Source: a bacterium (GTDB lineage: Bacteria > Zhuqueibacterota > Zhuqueibacteria > Oceanimicrobiales > Oceanimicrobiaceae). From it: 51,660 bases of DNA. Positions within the stretch are counted from its first letter, which is position 1, and every line of letters starts with the position of its first letter. The translations under genes and the position numbers were made by a program. The stretch is taken from the NCBI GenBank assembly GCA_046757025.1, contig JBHHXN010000016.1, forward strand, positions 1-51,660, read 5' to 3'. The notes beneath the pieces are model-generated. The model was not told the origin of the DNA. It worked only from the letters and a program-made list of their open reading frames with translations, and did not search any database. Below are positions 19,392 to 29,728 of this stretch, in pieces.

Positions 19392-19593
19392 ATTACGCTT
19401 CCTCCGTTTAATTAAGTGAATGAATTAAAATGACATACGTACCTATTAAATACCATCCATTCGAACATCTAAGGTACCTTAAAAATTCTCACCTCCCTCC
19501 TGTTTTTATTTATTGTATTTTTTAGGAAATAATTTTTTCGATATGAAAGGAATATTTTGGGAATTGATACCCATTGCAACGTTTTATTCTTCG

Positions 19594-19609
19594 GCAAATC
19601 CCATGCCAA
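19594..19609 (-). promoter_or_regulatory. Sigma54 (-24/-12) promoter of the TonB receptor operon
   Basis: Minus strand TTGGCATGGGATTTGC = GG-N10-GC, close to consensus TGGCAC-N5-TTGC; about 200 bp upstream of the start codon. Confidence 0.72.
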
Positions 19610-19675
19610 CAATCAGGCCACAATATGTCCTACAAAGTAGTGTTCTCATGATGCTGTAATTTAATGACTTATGTA

Positions 19676-19692
19676 TGCACATTTTATGTGCC
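19676..19692. promoter_or_regulatory. Candidate enhancer-binding-protein site
   Basis: TGCAC-ATTTTAT-GTGCC resembles the NtrC-type TGCAC-N7-GTGCA, about 70-80 bp upstream of the sigma54 box; more TGCA half-sites up to about 19752. Confidence 0.4.
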
Positions 19693-19809
19693 TATATTTT
19701 GCACTACAAAAAAGATGCAAAATCTTTCACCTTTCAAGGCAGAATATTGCACAGATGAAATATCCACTTTCAGACCGGAATTTGTTCAGTAAAATGGTAC
19801 CCGGAATTT

Positions 19810-19842
19810 AACCCTGACAAGGTTTGAAACCTTGTCAGGGTT
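19810..19842. repeat. Perfect palindrome (REP-like)
   Basis: aaccctgacaaggttt-g-aaaccttgtcagggtt, 16-bp arms. Confidence 0.75.
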
Positions 19843-19869
19843 TATTGGTTGTGGTATGCTTAAATTAGG

Positions 19870-20004
19870 TAGTGATTGACCGAAAACTCGTTTCTTAATG
19901 TCATTCCTGCGATCTTTTGTGCAGGAATCTCCTCATTTCAGGCAGGAGATTCCTGCTAAAACATGCAGGAAAGACAGGTAATGGCTGTTTTCGGTCAATC
20001 ACTA
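19870..20004. mobile_element. MITE-like element, TAGTG..CGAAAAC terminal-repeat family
   Basis: Perfect 18-bp TIR tagtgattgaccgaaaac / gttttcggtcaatcacta enclosing gtcattcctgc...gcaggaatctcc...ggagattcctgc...gcaggaaagac palindromes. Confidence 0.72.
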
Positions 20005-20371
20005 GGTAGGTAAATATTAGCCAAAAATATTTGAAATTTATGAATATCTAAACTGGGAATCTTTGTAAAGTCATTTGTAACCGCGTATCCCCAGGGCGGC
20101 GAAGCCGCAAATGTTTAAATGACTTGCTTTGTTGTGGTTCAAACCAAGGTGCGATTATCAGCAGTCATTAAGCTTCGCTGTCATTAACAGGGGGGAATTT
20201 TTGCCGCTGTCTAAAATGACGCCAAAGGCAAATGACCTGGTGACTTTATGACGGGTCGTGTCATTCGCTTCACATCATTTAGCCATTTTCTTGCAAAAAA
20301 GTGCAAAAGTTCAGAAGGGATACTATAACTTGCGCAATTATCAATTAATAATTATCGCAGATATGGTGTTC

Positions 20372-20711
20372 GCCCCCTGTAGTCCCCCTCAAGGATGACA
20401 AAACCAAGTCCTCCCATATTGAAGGATATAAAGTCTCCCCTCGAGGGGAGATTTAGAAGGGTGTCCGGCAAGGACTTGATGAACACAAAATAACGAAAAT
20501 TCTAAACCGAAACTCAATGAATAAACCACAGCGACTTTGTCCCCGGCGCGAATGGCTGAATCATAAAAACCAAAGCCATCGCAGCACCGTGCACGAACAC
20601 CCCCTTTAATTCCCCCTTAAGGGGGACAATAATCAAGCTTCCCGTTGAGAGAAGATTTAGGAGGGTGTCCGGCTAGGACTTGACGAAATCAAAATACCGA
20701 AAGTTCTAACC
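20372..20711. repeat. Two imperfect direct copies (about 20372-20508 and 20598-20711) of a CCCC/GGGG-rich REP-like unit
   Basis: Shared core agatttag-agggtgtccggc-aggacttga-gaa--caaaata-cgaaa-ttctaa in both copies. Confidence 0.65.
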
Positions 20712-20806
20712 AAAAATATTTAAACTTATAAATATCGAAATCTGGAATCATTACAAAGTCAGAGACCATCTCTGAGAAATCGAGAACAAAGAATCTAATC
20801 CTTGTG

Positions 20807-22168
20807 CTACAATTTATATTTTTTGATCTTGTAGCGCATGGTTCTCAAACTGATGTTGAGCATCTTGGCAGCTTCCGATTTGTTTCCGCCGGACTTTTCT
20901 ATGGCGTCCAACAAAATCAACTTTTCTGCGGCTTCGGTTTTGTCTTTATACGTGTGGCCGGAATTCTTCAAAAAATCCAGGTCCAGACTGCTTTCGGTTT
21001 TTTTAAACATACCAAACGGTAAATGTTCCGGCAAAATAGTGGCGCCTTCGCCTAACACGATGGCATTCTCCATGGCATTTTCCAGTTCCCGCACATTGCC
21101 GGGCCAGTCGTAATCCATGCAGATTTGCAACGCCTCCTCTGAAATTCTGGGTGGCGGCTTTTTATTTTCCATACTGTATTTCTTGACAAAATGCTCCAAC
21201 AGCAGCGGAATATCTTCTTTGCGCTCCCTCAGCGGCGGCAGAACGATGGGAATGACGTTTAGGCGGTAATAAAGATCTTCCCGAAATTTACCGCTCTTCA
21301 TGGCCTCTTCCAGGTCGCGGTTGGTGGCGGCGATGACGCGGACATCCACTTTGATGGTCTCGGTGCCTCCCAAACGCGTAATCGTGCGCTCCTGCAGCAC
21401 GCGCAACAGTTTCGTTTGCACGCTTTCTGAGATGTCGCCGATTTCATCCAGAAAAATGGTGCCGCCCTGCGCCAATTCAAACCGGCCTTTTTTGCGGCCG
21501 TCAGCGCCGGTAAAGGCGCCTTTTTCATATCCAAATAGTTCGCTTTCGAGCAACGTTTCCGGGAAGGAAGCGCAGCTAATTTCCACCAGGGCCTGATTAA
21601 TACGCGGACTGTTGTAATGAATGGCACGGGCTACCAGCTCTTTGCCAGTGCCGCTTTCTCCACGAATGAGCACGGTAGAATGGGTTTTCGCGACTTTCAC
21701 AATGGTGGTGAAAATCCGCTGCAAAGCGCTGCTGTTACCGACGATATTCTCGAAACTGTAGGTGGATTTGACCTGCTTTTTGAGCTCAATATTTTCGCGT
21801 TGTAAGTTCTGTTCACCGATGGCTTTTTCGATGATGATAAACAACTCATCCAGATCCAACGGTTTAGTGAGATACTCGTAAACGCCCTTTTTCATGGCTT
21901 CCACCGCGTCTTTCACCGAGCTGTAAGCCGTCATGACGATGGTTTTCATTTCCGGGGCAAGGGGCAAAGTGCGCTCGAACAATTCCATGCCATTCATGTC
22001 GTCCATTTTCAGGTCGGTGAGCAAAATATCGAAGGCATCTTTTTTCAGGTGCTTGAGCGCTTTTTTGGCGCTCTCAACACCCGCCACCTCGTAACCTTCT
22101 TCCGAAAGAATTTCCACCAGACCCGACAGGGTGTTGCGATCATCTTCTACAATCAGAATTTTTACCAT
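20807..22168 (-). CDS. Sigma54-dependent response regulator (NtrC/AtoC family; REC-AAA+-Fis HTH)
   Basis: REC with TDLKM; GESGTGKE Walker A; ESELFGYEKGAFTGA; WPGNVREL; C-terminal GNKSEAAKMLNIS. Confidence 0.95.
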   Translation of the reverse strand: MVKILIVEDDRNTLSGLVEILSEEGYEVAGVESAKKALKHLKKDAFDILLTDLKMDDMNGMELFERTLPLAPEMKTIVMTAYSSVKDAVEAMKKGVYEYLTKPLDLDELFIIIEKAIGEQNLQRENIELKKQVKSTYSFENIVGNSSALQRIFTTIVKVAKTHSTVLIRGESGTGKELVARAIHYNSPRINQALVEISCASFPETLLESELFGYEKGAFTGADGRKKGRFELAQGGTIFLDEIGDISESVQTKLLRVLQERTITRLGGTETIKVDVRVIAATNRDLEEAMKSGKFREDLYYRLNVIPIVLPPLRERKEDIPLLLEHFVKKYSMENKKPPPRISEEALQICMDYDWPGNVRELENAMENAIVLGEGATILPEHLPFGMFKKTESSLDLDFLKNSGHTYKDKTEAAEKLILLDAIEKSGGNKSEAAKMLNISLRTMRYKIKKYKL

Positions 22169-22306
22169 CTTGCCTTTGATCTAAAAATGTTAGTATGAAT
22201 GATCTGGTACCGAGTGTCACAATTTGTTCAGCAAAAAGTTAACTATTTCTGTCATCGAGTACAGCGCTGTAACAACCAGCTGCCGACCTGGTTCGTCAAA
22301 ATTCGC

Positions 22307-23233
22307 TCACGCACCTTTCAGCAAAAAATTCGCCACGCGTTTGGCGATTTCTTCTGCCACCCGACTTTGCCCTTCGTGGGTACTCGCGCCTAAATGGGGC
22401 GTGACAACGACCTTATCCATACCGATGAGCGGATTGTCTACCGGCGGCTCCGTTTCAAAAACATCCATGGCAGCGCCGGCGATTTTGCCGGCTCGCAGCG
22501 CCTGGTACAGAGCCTGTTCATCCACGATTCCGCCGCGCGCGACGTTGATCAATCGCAGAGAATTTTTACAAATATCAAACTGCTCCTGACCGAGCAAATG
22601 CCGGGTCGAGGGCAGCAGCGGCACATGGACGGTCACAAAATCACTCTGGTGCAAAAGCTCTTCTAAAGTGCAACTTCTGGCGCCACAGGCTTTGAACACC
22701 TCGGACTCGATCCAGGGATCGTGCGCCAGGATGCGCATTTCAAAAGCCCGGGCTCTTCGGGCTACCTCCTGGCCAATACGGCCCAATCCGATGATTCCCA
22801 GCGTTTTTTGAAACAGCTCCACTCCCTTATAGGCCTTGCGATCCCATTTACCATTTAACATGGAGATTTGCGCCTGCGGAATCTGGCGAGCCAGGGACAG
22901 CATCAAAGCCAGGGTGTGCTCGGCTGCCGAAAGAGTGTTAGCTGCCGCCGCATTGAACACTGCAACGTTTTTTTGCCGGGCGGCTTCCACATCGATGTTA
23001 TCCAGTCCCACACCGGCTCGGCCAACGACCTGCAAATTAGCTGCCTTCTGCAGCAATTCAGCGGTCACTTGGGTGGCGCTGCGCACGATCAGCCCATGAA
23101 ACGGGTGAATCTTCTGCAGCAGCTCTGCCGTCCTGACCTCCGGCCACACCTCCACGTCAAAGCCCTGGCGGGTCAAAATCGCGGCACAGATTTCGTTGAC
23201 ATTGTCCAGAATCAAAATTCGTTTATTTGACAT
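22307..23233 (-). CDS. serA: D-3-phosphoglycerate dehydrogenase (short form, no ACT domain)
   Basis: RAGVGLDNID, AAEHT, GIIGLGRIG, INVARGG, DVFETEPP, TPHLGAST. Confidence 0.85.
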   Translation of the reverse strand: MSNKRILILDNVNEICAAILTRQGFDVEVWPEVRTAELLQKIHPFHGLIVRSATQVTAELLQKAANLQVVGRAGVGLDNIDVEAARQKNVAVFNAAAANTLSAAEHTLALMLSLARQIPQAQISMLNGKWDRKAYKGVELFQKTLGIIGLGRIGQEVARRARAFEMRILAHDPWIESEVFKACGARSCTLEELLHQSDFVTVHVPLLPSTRHLLGQEQFDICKNSLRLINVARGGIVDEQALYQALRAGKIAGAAMDVFETEPPVDNPLIGMDKVVVTPHLGASTHEGQSRVAEEIAKRVANFLLKGA

Positions 23234-23245
23234 GGCGAAAGGCTT

Positions 23246-24406
23246 TTACTCCGTGTTTTGACTTTGATTTTTAGAATTTAAAAAAACATTTTGAACAGTC
23301 GTTACCCCGCAACCTGGCTTAAATTCCCAATTGAAATCCGCCAACGTCATTTCCAGGGCCGAGATCAGGGCGATCATATCCAGCTCATCGTAATGCCCCA
23401 TGTGGGCAATTCGGAATATTTTACCTTTTAACTGAGCCTGGCCGCCTGCCACCGTGACGCCGTACTTTTCCCGCAAATGTTTGTTAAATGCCAAGCCCTC
23501 GATGCTGCCTGGCAGCTTGACCGAAGTCAGGGAATTGGATGGAGATTGGGCAAACAGCTCCAGCCCCAGCGCGACCACGCCTTTGCGAGTGGCTCGGGCC
23601 AACAGCGCATGTCGAGCCCAGACATTTTCCAGACCTTGCTCGCGGATCATTTTCAGCGATTCCGCCAGTCCCATGACCAAGCTGACCGCCGGCGTCCAGG
23701 CGGTGTTCGTGTTTTTCAGCGCCGCGCTTTCTTTTGTCAAATCAAAATAAAATTTGGGAACATCGGAACCCTTTATCTTCCTCCAGGCGCGATCATTGTA
23801 AGCAACCACGGCCAATCCCGGCGGCAGCATGAGACCTTTCTGCGAACCGGTCACCGCCACATCGATTCCCCACTCATCCATTTTAAACGGCATGACCCCG
23901 GCCGAAGTGATGGCGTCCACCAGCAGCAACGCCTTTGAATGGGCACGCACGATTTCGGCAATGGCGCGGATATCGTGGGCCACGCCGGTGGAGGTTTCGC
24001 TGTGGGTGGCACAAACCACGGCGGTTTCCGGATGCGCCTGTAAAAATCGCTGAATTTCCTGCGGATCGACGGCTGTACCCCAGGGAACTTCTATGGTATG
24101 CGTATTTGCTCCAAAAGCGGCTCCCATCTGACCCCATCTTTCGCCGAATTTACCGCCTGCCACGGTCAAAATAGTCTCGCCCCGGCATAACAGATTGGCC
24201 AACCCCGCTTCCATGGCGCCCGTACCCGAAGAAGTCAGCACCACCACTTCCCCGCTGGTCTGAAAAAAATATTTCAGGTCGGAAAGGACTTCCTGAAAAA
24301 TCTGCTTAAATTCGGTTCCGCGATGATGCATGATGGGTTGTGACATGGCCACCTGCACCCTTTCCGGGATTTGCGTTGGTCCTGGCGTAAATAGTCGAGT
24401 GCGCAT
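23246..24406 (-). CDS. Class V PLP aminotransferase (serine-pyruvate/alanine-glyoxylate family)
   Basis: LFTPGPT, SSGTGAME, HSETSTG, VDAITS, GSQKGLMLPPG, FRIAHMG; start placed at the ATG after a GGAG RBS. Confidence 0.9.
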   Translation of the reverse strand: MRTRLFTPGPTQIPERVQVAMSQPIMHHRGTEFKQIFQEVLSDLKYFFQTSGEVVVLTSSGTGAMEAGLANLLCRGETILTVAGGKFGERWGQMGAAFGANTHTIEVPWGTAVDPQEIQRFLQAHPETAVVCATHSETSTGVAHDIRAIAEIVRAHSKALLLVDAITSAGVMPFKMDEWGIDVAVTGSQKGLMLPPGLAVVAYNDRAWRKIKGSDVPKFYFDLTKESAALKNTNTAWTPAVSLVMGLAESLKMIREQGLENVWARHALLARATRKGVVALGLELFAQSPSNSLTSVKLPGSIEGLAFNKHLREKYGVTVAGGQAQLKGKIFRIAHMGHYDELDMIALISALEMTLADFNWEFKPGCGVTTVQNVFLNSKNQSQNTE

Positions 24407-24411
24407 TTCAT

Positions 24412-24996
24412 CTACTCCATTAAATTCAAAATTGCCTGCCAAACTTCTTTTGTGCCCGTACCTTTGACCGCAGAAAACGGGATGATCTCAGCTGCATGAT
24501 TGCTCACAACCTGTCGCTTCATGATTGAAAGCTGATTTGCCAATTGATTTCTCGATAATTTATCGGTTTTAGTGGCCACCAGAATCAAAGGAACTTGCAG
24601 GCTACGCAACCAGATATGCAGATCGCGATCTAAATCAGTGACGCCGATACGGCTGTCTAAAATCGAAACCACTCCTTTCAAATTTGGACTTTTTCCGATG
24701 AACGCCTCGATGAGATCCCGCCAGAAGGACCGCTCCTGTTTGGAAGCTTTAGCGAAACCGTAACCAGGCAAATCCACAAAATATATCTTATCGTTTATCT
24801 TAAAATAATTTAGCTGCCGGGTTTTGCCCGGCGTGGCGCTGGTTTTTGCCACTTTTTTGCGATTTAAAAGACAATTGATCAGGCTGGATTTTCCGACATT
24901 TGAGCGACCTGCAAAAGCAATCTCATTTAAATTTCCTTTTGGAATTTCATTCAAATGTACGACACTTTTAACAAATTCAACAGAAGTCACTTTCAT
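24412..24996 (-). CDS. engB: Ribosome biogenesis GTPase YihA/YsxC
   Basis: GRSNVGKSS, PGKT, DLPGYG, TKTDK; usual position after lon. Confidence 0.95.
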   Translation of the reverse strand: MKVTSVEFVKSVVHLNEIPKGNLNEIAFAGRSNVGKSSLINCLLNRKKVAKTSATPGKTRQLNYFKINDKIYFVDLPGYGFAKASKQERSFWRDLIEAFIGKSPNLKGVVSILDSRIGVTDLDRDLHIWLRSLQVPLILVATKTDKLSRNQLANQLSIMKRQVVSNHAAEIIPFSAVKGTGTKEVWQAILNLME

Positions 24997-25223
24997 TCTA
25001 ACTTCAGAAAACTCTAGAAAATTTCATGAATGTAGAGGAGGATAGATCAAGACCGTTGTAACAATTGTACTCCAGCCCGCCATGGGTCGATTTTCGAAAA
25101 TTCATTCTCAATCTGTTATTCTCTGAACAATGCCCACAGCCAGAAAGACGAATCTTGATAACTTTTATTTTATCAGCAACAATTATGAACAAAAACCGCA
25201 TTTTATCTCTTAACTAACTCAAC

Positions 25224-25322
25224 TATTGTTTGAACGAAAACTCGAGAAATGGGCGAATTAAAAATCTCTTCGTGAAGGTGCCCCTTTGACAAAGCTCAGG
25301 ACCGGCCTCGCCGTGCCAGGCC
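25224..25322. mobile_element. Truncated copy of the MITE at 44580-44738
   Basis: tgaacgaaaactcgagaaatgggcga...ctcttcgtgaagg...acaaagctc...gccaggc aligns with about 44588-44677; no right TIR seen. Confidence 0.62.
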
Positions 25323-25365
25323 AAAACGTAGACTGCAAATAAAATCTCGCGCCCGATTCCTGATT

Positions 25366-27705
25366 TTAGACAAAGGCTTCGTCCAAAACTTCATCCATGT
25401 GTTTGATGGTTTTAATGTTCAGGCCTTTTTTCACTTCCGGGGCGATTTCATCCAGATCTTTTTCATTCTCAAAAGGAATCACCACCGTTTTAAAACCGGA
25501 GCGTTGCGCCGCCAGCAATTTTTCATTTAACCCCCCCACCGCGAGCACGTTGCCGCTGAGGGTAATTTCTCCGGTCAGCGCCACGTCTTTGCGCACCTTT
25601 TTCCGGGCCAGCGCCGAAATCAGCGCCACCGCAATGGTGATGCCGGCAGAGGGGCCGTCTTTGGGGGTCGCGCCTTCCGGCACATGAATGTGAATATCGC
25701 TATTTTTCCAGAATTCGCCCTTTATGGATAATTTTTTAGCTTGTGCCCGGGCATAAGAGAGGGCGGCTTTGGCCGACTCCTGCATGACGTCGCCTAATTT
25801 TCCCGTAAGCGCAAGATTGCCTTTGCCCTGCAAAACATTGACTTCGATTTGTAAAACATCGCCGCCGTAACTGGTCCAGGCTAAACCCAGCGCTGCACCG
25901 ACCATGTCTTCATGAATTCGATGTCGCTCGGGGAATTTTGGAATTCCGAGATAGGATTCAATATTCTTTTCGGAAACAGAAATCGCCTGCCGCTGACCGC
26001 TTTGAACGATTTGCCGCGCCACTTTTCGGCAAATGGCCGACAACTCCCGTTCCAAATTCCGAACTCCGGCTTCGCGAGTGTACTCCCGAATAATTTTATA
26101 AATGGCATTTTTTTGAAAATTCAGATGATGGCTTTTCAACCCGTGCTGCTTTAACAGTTTTGGAATTAAAAATCCTTGTGCGATTTCAAATTTTTCATGC
26201 TCTAAATACCCCGGCAAATTGATGATTTCCATGCGGTCTTGCAGCGGTTCCGGAATTTGATTCTGCAAATTCGCCGTGGTGATGAACAGCACTTTCGACA
26301 GGTCATAATCCACTTCGAGGTAGTGGTCGTTAAACGCTTTGTTTTGCTCCGGGTCCAGAACTTCCAGCAAGGCAGAAGAAGGATCGCCGCGAAAATCCAT
26401 GCTCATTTTATCCACCTCGTCCAGCAAAAATACCGGATTGATGGTTTTCGCCTTTTTCAACGATTGAATGATTTTGCCCGGCAGGGAACCGATGTAAGTT
26501 CGACGATGGCCGCGAATCTCGGCTTCATCGCGCACACCGCCCAGGGAAATCCGCACAAAATTGCGTCCCATGGCGCGCGCCACCGATTTGCCCAGGGAGG
26601 TTTTGCCTACCCCGGGCGGTCCCACAAAACAAAGAATGGGGCCCTTCATATTTTTCGCCAGTTTGAGCACAGCCAGGTGCTCCAGAATTCTCTCTTTTGG
26701 TTTGTCCAGACCGAAATGGTCTTCGTCTAAAATTTTGCTGGCCTCGTTGATATTGAGGTTGTCTTTGGTTTTTTTGTACCAGGGCACGGTCAGCAGCCAA
26801 TCGAGATAATTTCGAATCACCGTGGCTTCGGGAGAAAAAGGCGGCGTCAGCCGAAATTTTTCCAGCTCCTCAAACGCTTTTTCTTCGGCTTCCCGGGTCA
26901 TTTTCGCTTTGTTGATCTTTTCACTCAAATAAGCAAATTCGCCGTTGACTTCGCCGTCCTCGCCCAGTTCTTCCTGAATGGCGCGCATCTGTTCCTGCAG
27001 GAAAAGATTGCGCTGGGACTTTTGAATGCGGCCTTTGACTTTTTCCTCCAGGTCGCGCTCCAGCTCAAGAATTTCCATTTCCGATTCCAGGATTTTCATC
27101 AACTCCAGCAACTGCGATTCCACTGAAGTTTTTTCCAGAATTTTTTGTTTGGTTTCCACACTGCTTTGCAGATGTGCCGCCACAAAATCCGCAAAGCGAG
27201 GCGGCTGCTCCACATGCTCCACACTCAACAAAATTTCGTCAGGAATGTTGCGATTTAAGCGCACGTATTTTTTAAACAACGAAGCGACCCGCCGCATTTT
27301 GGCTTTCACCTCGGGTGTGGAAATTTCAGGTTGTTCGAAAATTTCGATGCGGGCCTGGAAATGGTCATCCACAGACAGAAAACGTTTTATCTTGCCCTTG
27401 ATCAGCCCTTCAACCAGCACCTTCATGAGACCGTTGGGAAGTTTCAGCACCTGCAGAATGCGGGCGACTACACCCACTTTGTACAAATCTTCTTTTTCCG
27501 GATGCTCCAGAGAGATATTTTTCTGGGCAGCTAAAAAAATGAGTTTATCCAGAATCATGGATTCTTCAATGGCGTTTAACGAGGACTCGCGTCCGATCAA
27601 AAGCGGATAAATCATATAAGGGAAGAGTACGATTTCTTTCAGAGGCAAAATGGGCAGACGGGCGTTTATGTCGATTTCCGTGCCATCACGATAAACTTTA
27701 TACAT
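25366..27705 (-). CDS. lon: ATP-dependent Lon protease
   Basis: GPPGVGKTS, IRGHRRTYIG, LLDEVDK, PKDGPSAG catalytic Ser. Confidence 0.98.
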   Translation of the reverse strand: MYKVYRDGTEIDINARLPILPLKEIVLFPYMIYPLLIGRESSLNAIEESMILDKLIFLAAQKNISLEHPEKEDLYKVGVVARILQVLKLPNGLMKVLVEGLIKGKIKRFLSVDDHFQARIEIFEQPEISTPEVKAKMRRVASLFKKYVRLNRNIPDEILLSVEHVEQPPRFADFVAAHLQSSVETKQKILEKTSVESQLLELMKILESEMEILELERDLEEKVKGRIQKSQRNLFLQEQMRAIQEELGEDGEVNGEFAYLSEKINKAKMTREAEEKAFEELEKFRLTPPFSPEATVIRNYLDWLLTVPWYKKTKDNLNINEASKILDEDHFGLDKPKERILEHLAVLKLAKNMKGPILCFVGPPGVGKTSLGKSVARAMGRNFVRISLGGVRDEAEIRGHRRTYIGSLPGKIIQSLKKAKTINPVFLLDEVDKMSMDFRGDPSSALLEVLDPEQNKAFNDHYLEVDYDLSKVLFITTANLQNQIPEPLQDRMEIINLPGYLEHEKFEIAQGFLIPKLLKQHGLKSHHLNFQKNAIYKIIREYTREAGVRNLERELSAICRKVARQIVQSGQRQAISVSEKNIESYLGIPKFPERHRIHEDMVGAALGLAWTSYGGDVLQIEVNVLQGKGNLALTGKLGDVMQESAKAALSYARAQAKKLSIKGEFWKNSDIHIHVPEGATPKDGPSAGITIAVALISALARKKVRKDVALTGEITLSGNVLAVGGLNEKLLAAQRSGFKTVVIPFENEKDLDEIAPEVKKGLNIKTIKHMDEVLDEAFV

Positions 27706-27799
27706 ATTTACTCATCTCATTAAACTAAAAAATCTCCCCATTGAATTATTAAAACCATCAGGAAGATTCTCTACTCAAAATCAATTTCCGCGCTTAAAA

Positions 27800-29047
27800 T
27801 TACGCGCTTTTTTTAACTTCTTTAAAAGTAAAAACAGGTTGAGCTTTCTTTAATACAAAGTCTTTTGTAATAATGCAGTGTTCTATATCCCGACGTGAAG
27901 GAATCTCATACATCAAATCTAGCATGACATCTTCAAAGATGGTGCGTAAGGCGCGAGCGCCGGTGCCTCTTTTCATGGACATCTGTACGATGGTTTGCAG
28001 GGCGTCTGGCCGAAATTCCAACTCCACGTCGTCCATTTCTAAAAGCCGCTTGTATTGTTTGGTGAGGGCATTTTTCGGTTTTTGCAAAATCTCCATGAGC
28101 GCATCTTCGCTCAATTCTTCCAGAACAGCCAGAACAGGCAATCGGCCGATCAATTCCGGAATCAGACCAAATTTGAGCAAATCCTCATGTTCCACATGCC
28201 GCATTAAATCTCCGAGATTTCTGTCATGCTGCTTTTTAACGTCCGCTCCAAATCCGATATTCTTTTTCCCCAGTCGCTCTTTGATAATTTTATCCAGCCC
28301 CACAAAAGCGCCGCCACAGATAAACAGGATATTTTTGGTGTTGATGTTGATCAAGTTTTGTTCGGGGTGTTTCCGGCCGCCTTTTGGCGGTACCGCGGCG
28401 CTGGTGCCTTCCAACAATTTTAACAAAGCCTGCTGCACGCCTTCTCCGGAAACGTCGCGGGTGATGGAAGGATTGCCGTCCTTTCGGGAAATTTTATCAA
28501 ATTCATCGATGTAGATGATGCCGCGTTCTGCCTTTTCCAGGTCATAATCCGCCGATTGCAGCAGACGCACTAAAATATTTTCCACATCTTCGCCCACGTA
28601 GCCGGCTTCGGTCAGGGTGGTGGCATCGGCAATGGTGAACGGTACCTGTAAAAATCGCGCCAAAGTTTGTGCCAGCAGAGTTTTGCCGGTACCGGTGGGA
28701 CCGATGAGCAGAATGTTGCTTTTTTCGATCTCAACTTCATCGAATGTATCGTACGATTTGATTCTTTTGTAATGATTGTAAACAGCCACCGCCAAATTCT
28801 TTTTTGCGAAATCCTGACCGATCACATAGTCGTCGAGGACTTTTTTAATTTCGATGGGCAGAAATTCGCGGCTTTCCAGACTTTTCCCCCGGCGAAGAAA
28901 ATCATCCCGAATAATGTCGCTAGCGCTTTTAATACATTCGTTGCAAATATACACATCGGGGCCGGTAACAATGCATTCAACCTGATTGGAATTCTTACCG
29001 CAAAATGAGCAAATGATGATTGGCTCTTTGGCTTCTCGTTCTTTCAA
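27800..29047 (-). CDS. clpX: Clp protease ATP-binding subunit ClpX
   Basis: CSFCG...ICNEC Zn finger; [25 protein letters not shown] loop. Confidence 0.98.
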   Translation of the reverse strand: MKEREAKEPIIICSFCGKNSNQVECIVTGPDVYICNECIKSASDIIRDDFLRRGKSLESREFLPIEIKKVLDDYVIGQDFAKKNLAVAVYNHYKRIKSYDTFDEVEIEKSNILLIGPTGTGKTLLAQTLARFLQVPFTIADATTLTEAGYVGEDVENILVRLLQSADYDLEKAERGIIYIDEFDKISRKDGNPSITRDVSGEGVQQALLKLLEGTSAAVPPKGGRKHPEQNLININTKNILFICGGAFVGLDKIIKERLGKKNIGFGADVKKQHDRNLGDLMRHVEHEDLLKFGLIPELIGRLPVLAVLEELSEDALMEILQKPKNALTKQYKRLLEMDDVELEFRPDALQTIVQMSMKRGTGARALRTIFEDVMLDLMYEIPSRRDIEHCIITKDFVLKKAQPVFTFKEVKKSA

Positions 29048-29062
29048 TAGACTGAGGTCTCC

Positions 29063-29683
29063 CTATTTCTTCTTGGTATTTTTCGTCATCTTTTTGGTGA
29101 GTCCTTTTCTGTCGATCACTTCATCGATTATGCCGTAATTGCGGGATTCTTCCGCCGACATGAAAAAGTTGCGGTCGGTATCCTTGGATATTTTATCGAT
29201 GGACTGTCCGGTATGATAAGCCAAAATTTCATTCAGTTTTTCGCGGATGGTCAAAATTTCTTTGGTGTGAATTTCAATGTCAGAAGCCTGGCCTTGAGCG
29301 CCGCCCCAGGGTTGGTGGATCATAATTCGGGCATGCGGTAAGGCGTATCTTTTGCCTTTGGCTCCGGCGGCCAAAATCACGGCTCCCATGCTGGAAGCCT
29401 GCCCCATGCAGTAAGTCACCACATCCGGCTTCACATGCTGCATGGTATCGTAAATGGCCAGGCCCGCCGTTACATGGCCGCCAGGCGAATTAACGTAAAT
29501 CGAAATATCCTTTTCTGGATCTTCGGCTTCGAGAAACAACATCTGGGCGATACTGAGGCTGGCCACGGTATCGTCGACGGCGGTACCGATAAAAATGATG
29601 CGTTCTTTCAGGAGACGCGAAAAAATGTCGTAGGCTCTTTCACCCCGTCCGGTTTGCTCCACTACAACTGGTACTAATCCCAT
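29063..29683 (-). CDS. clpP: Clp protease proteolytic subunit
   Basis: [22 protein letters not shown]-like YVNSPGG, GQASSMG, IMIHQP; ATG start at 29683 preferred over TTG 29692. Confidence 0.97.
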   Translation of the reverse strand: MGLVPVVVEQTGRGERAYDIFSRLLKERIIFIGTAVDDTVASLSIAQMLFLEAEDPEKDISIYVNSPGGHVTAGLAIYDTMQHVKPDVVTYCMGQASSMGAVILAAGAKGKRYALPHARIMIHQPWGGAQGQASDIEIHTKEILTIREKLNEILAYHTGQSIDKISKDTDRNFFMSAEESRNYGIIDEVIDRKGLTKKMTKNTKKK

Positions 29684-29728
29684 TTTGATCAATTCTTTCT
29701 TTTAAGATGAATAATTGCGGTTATTTTT

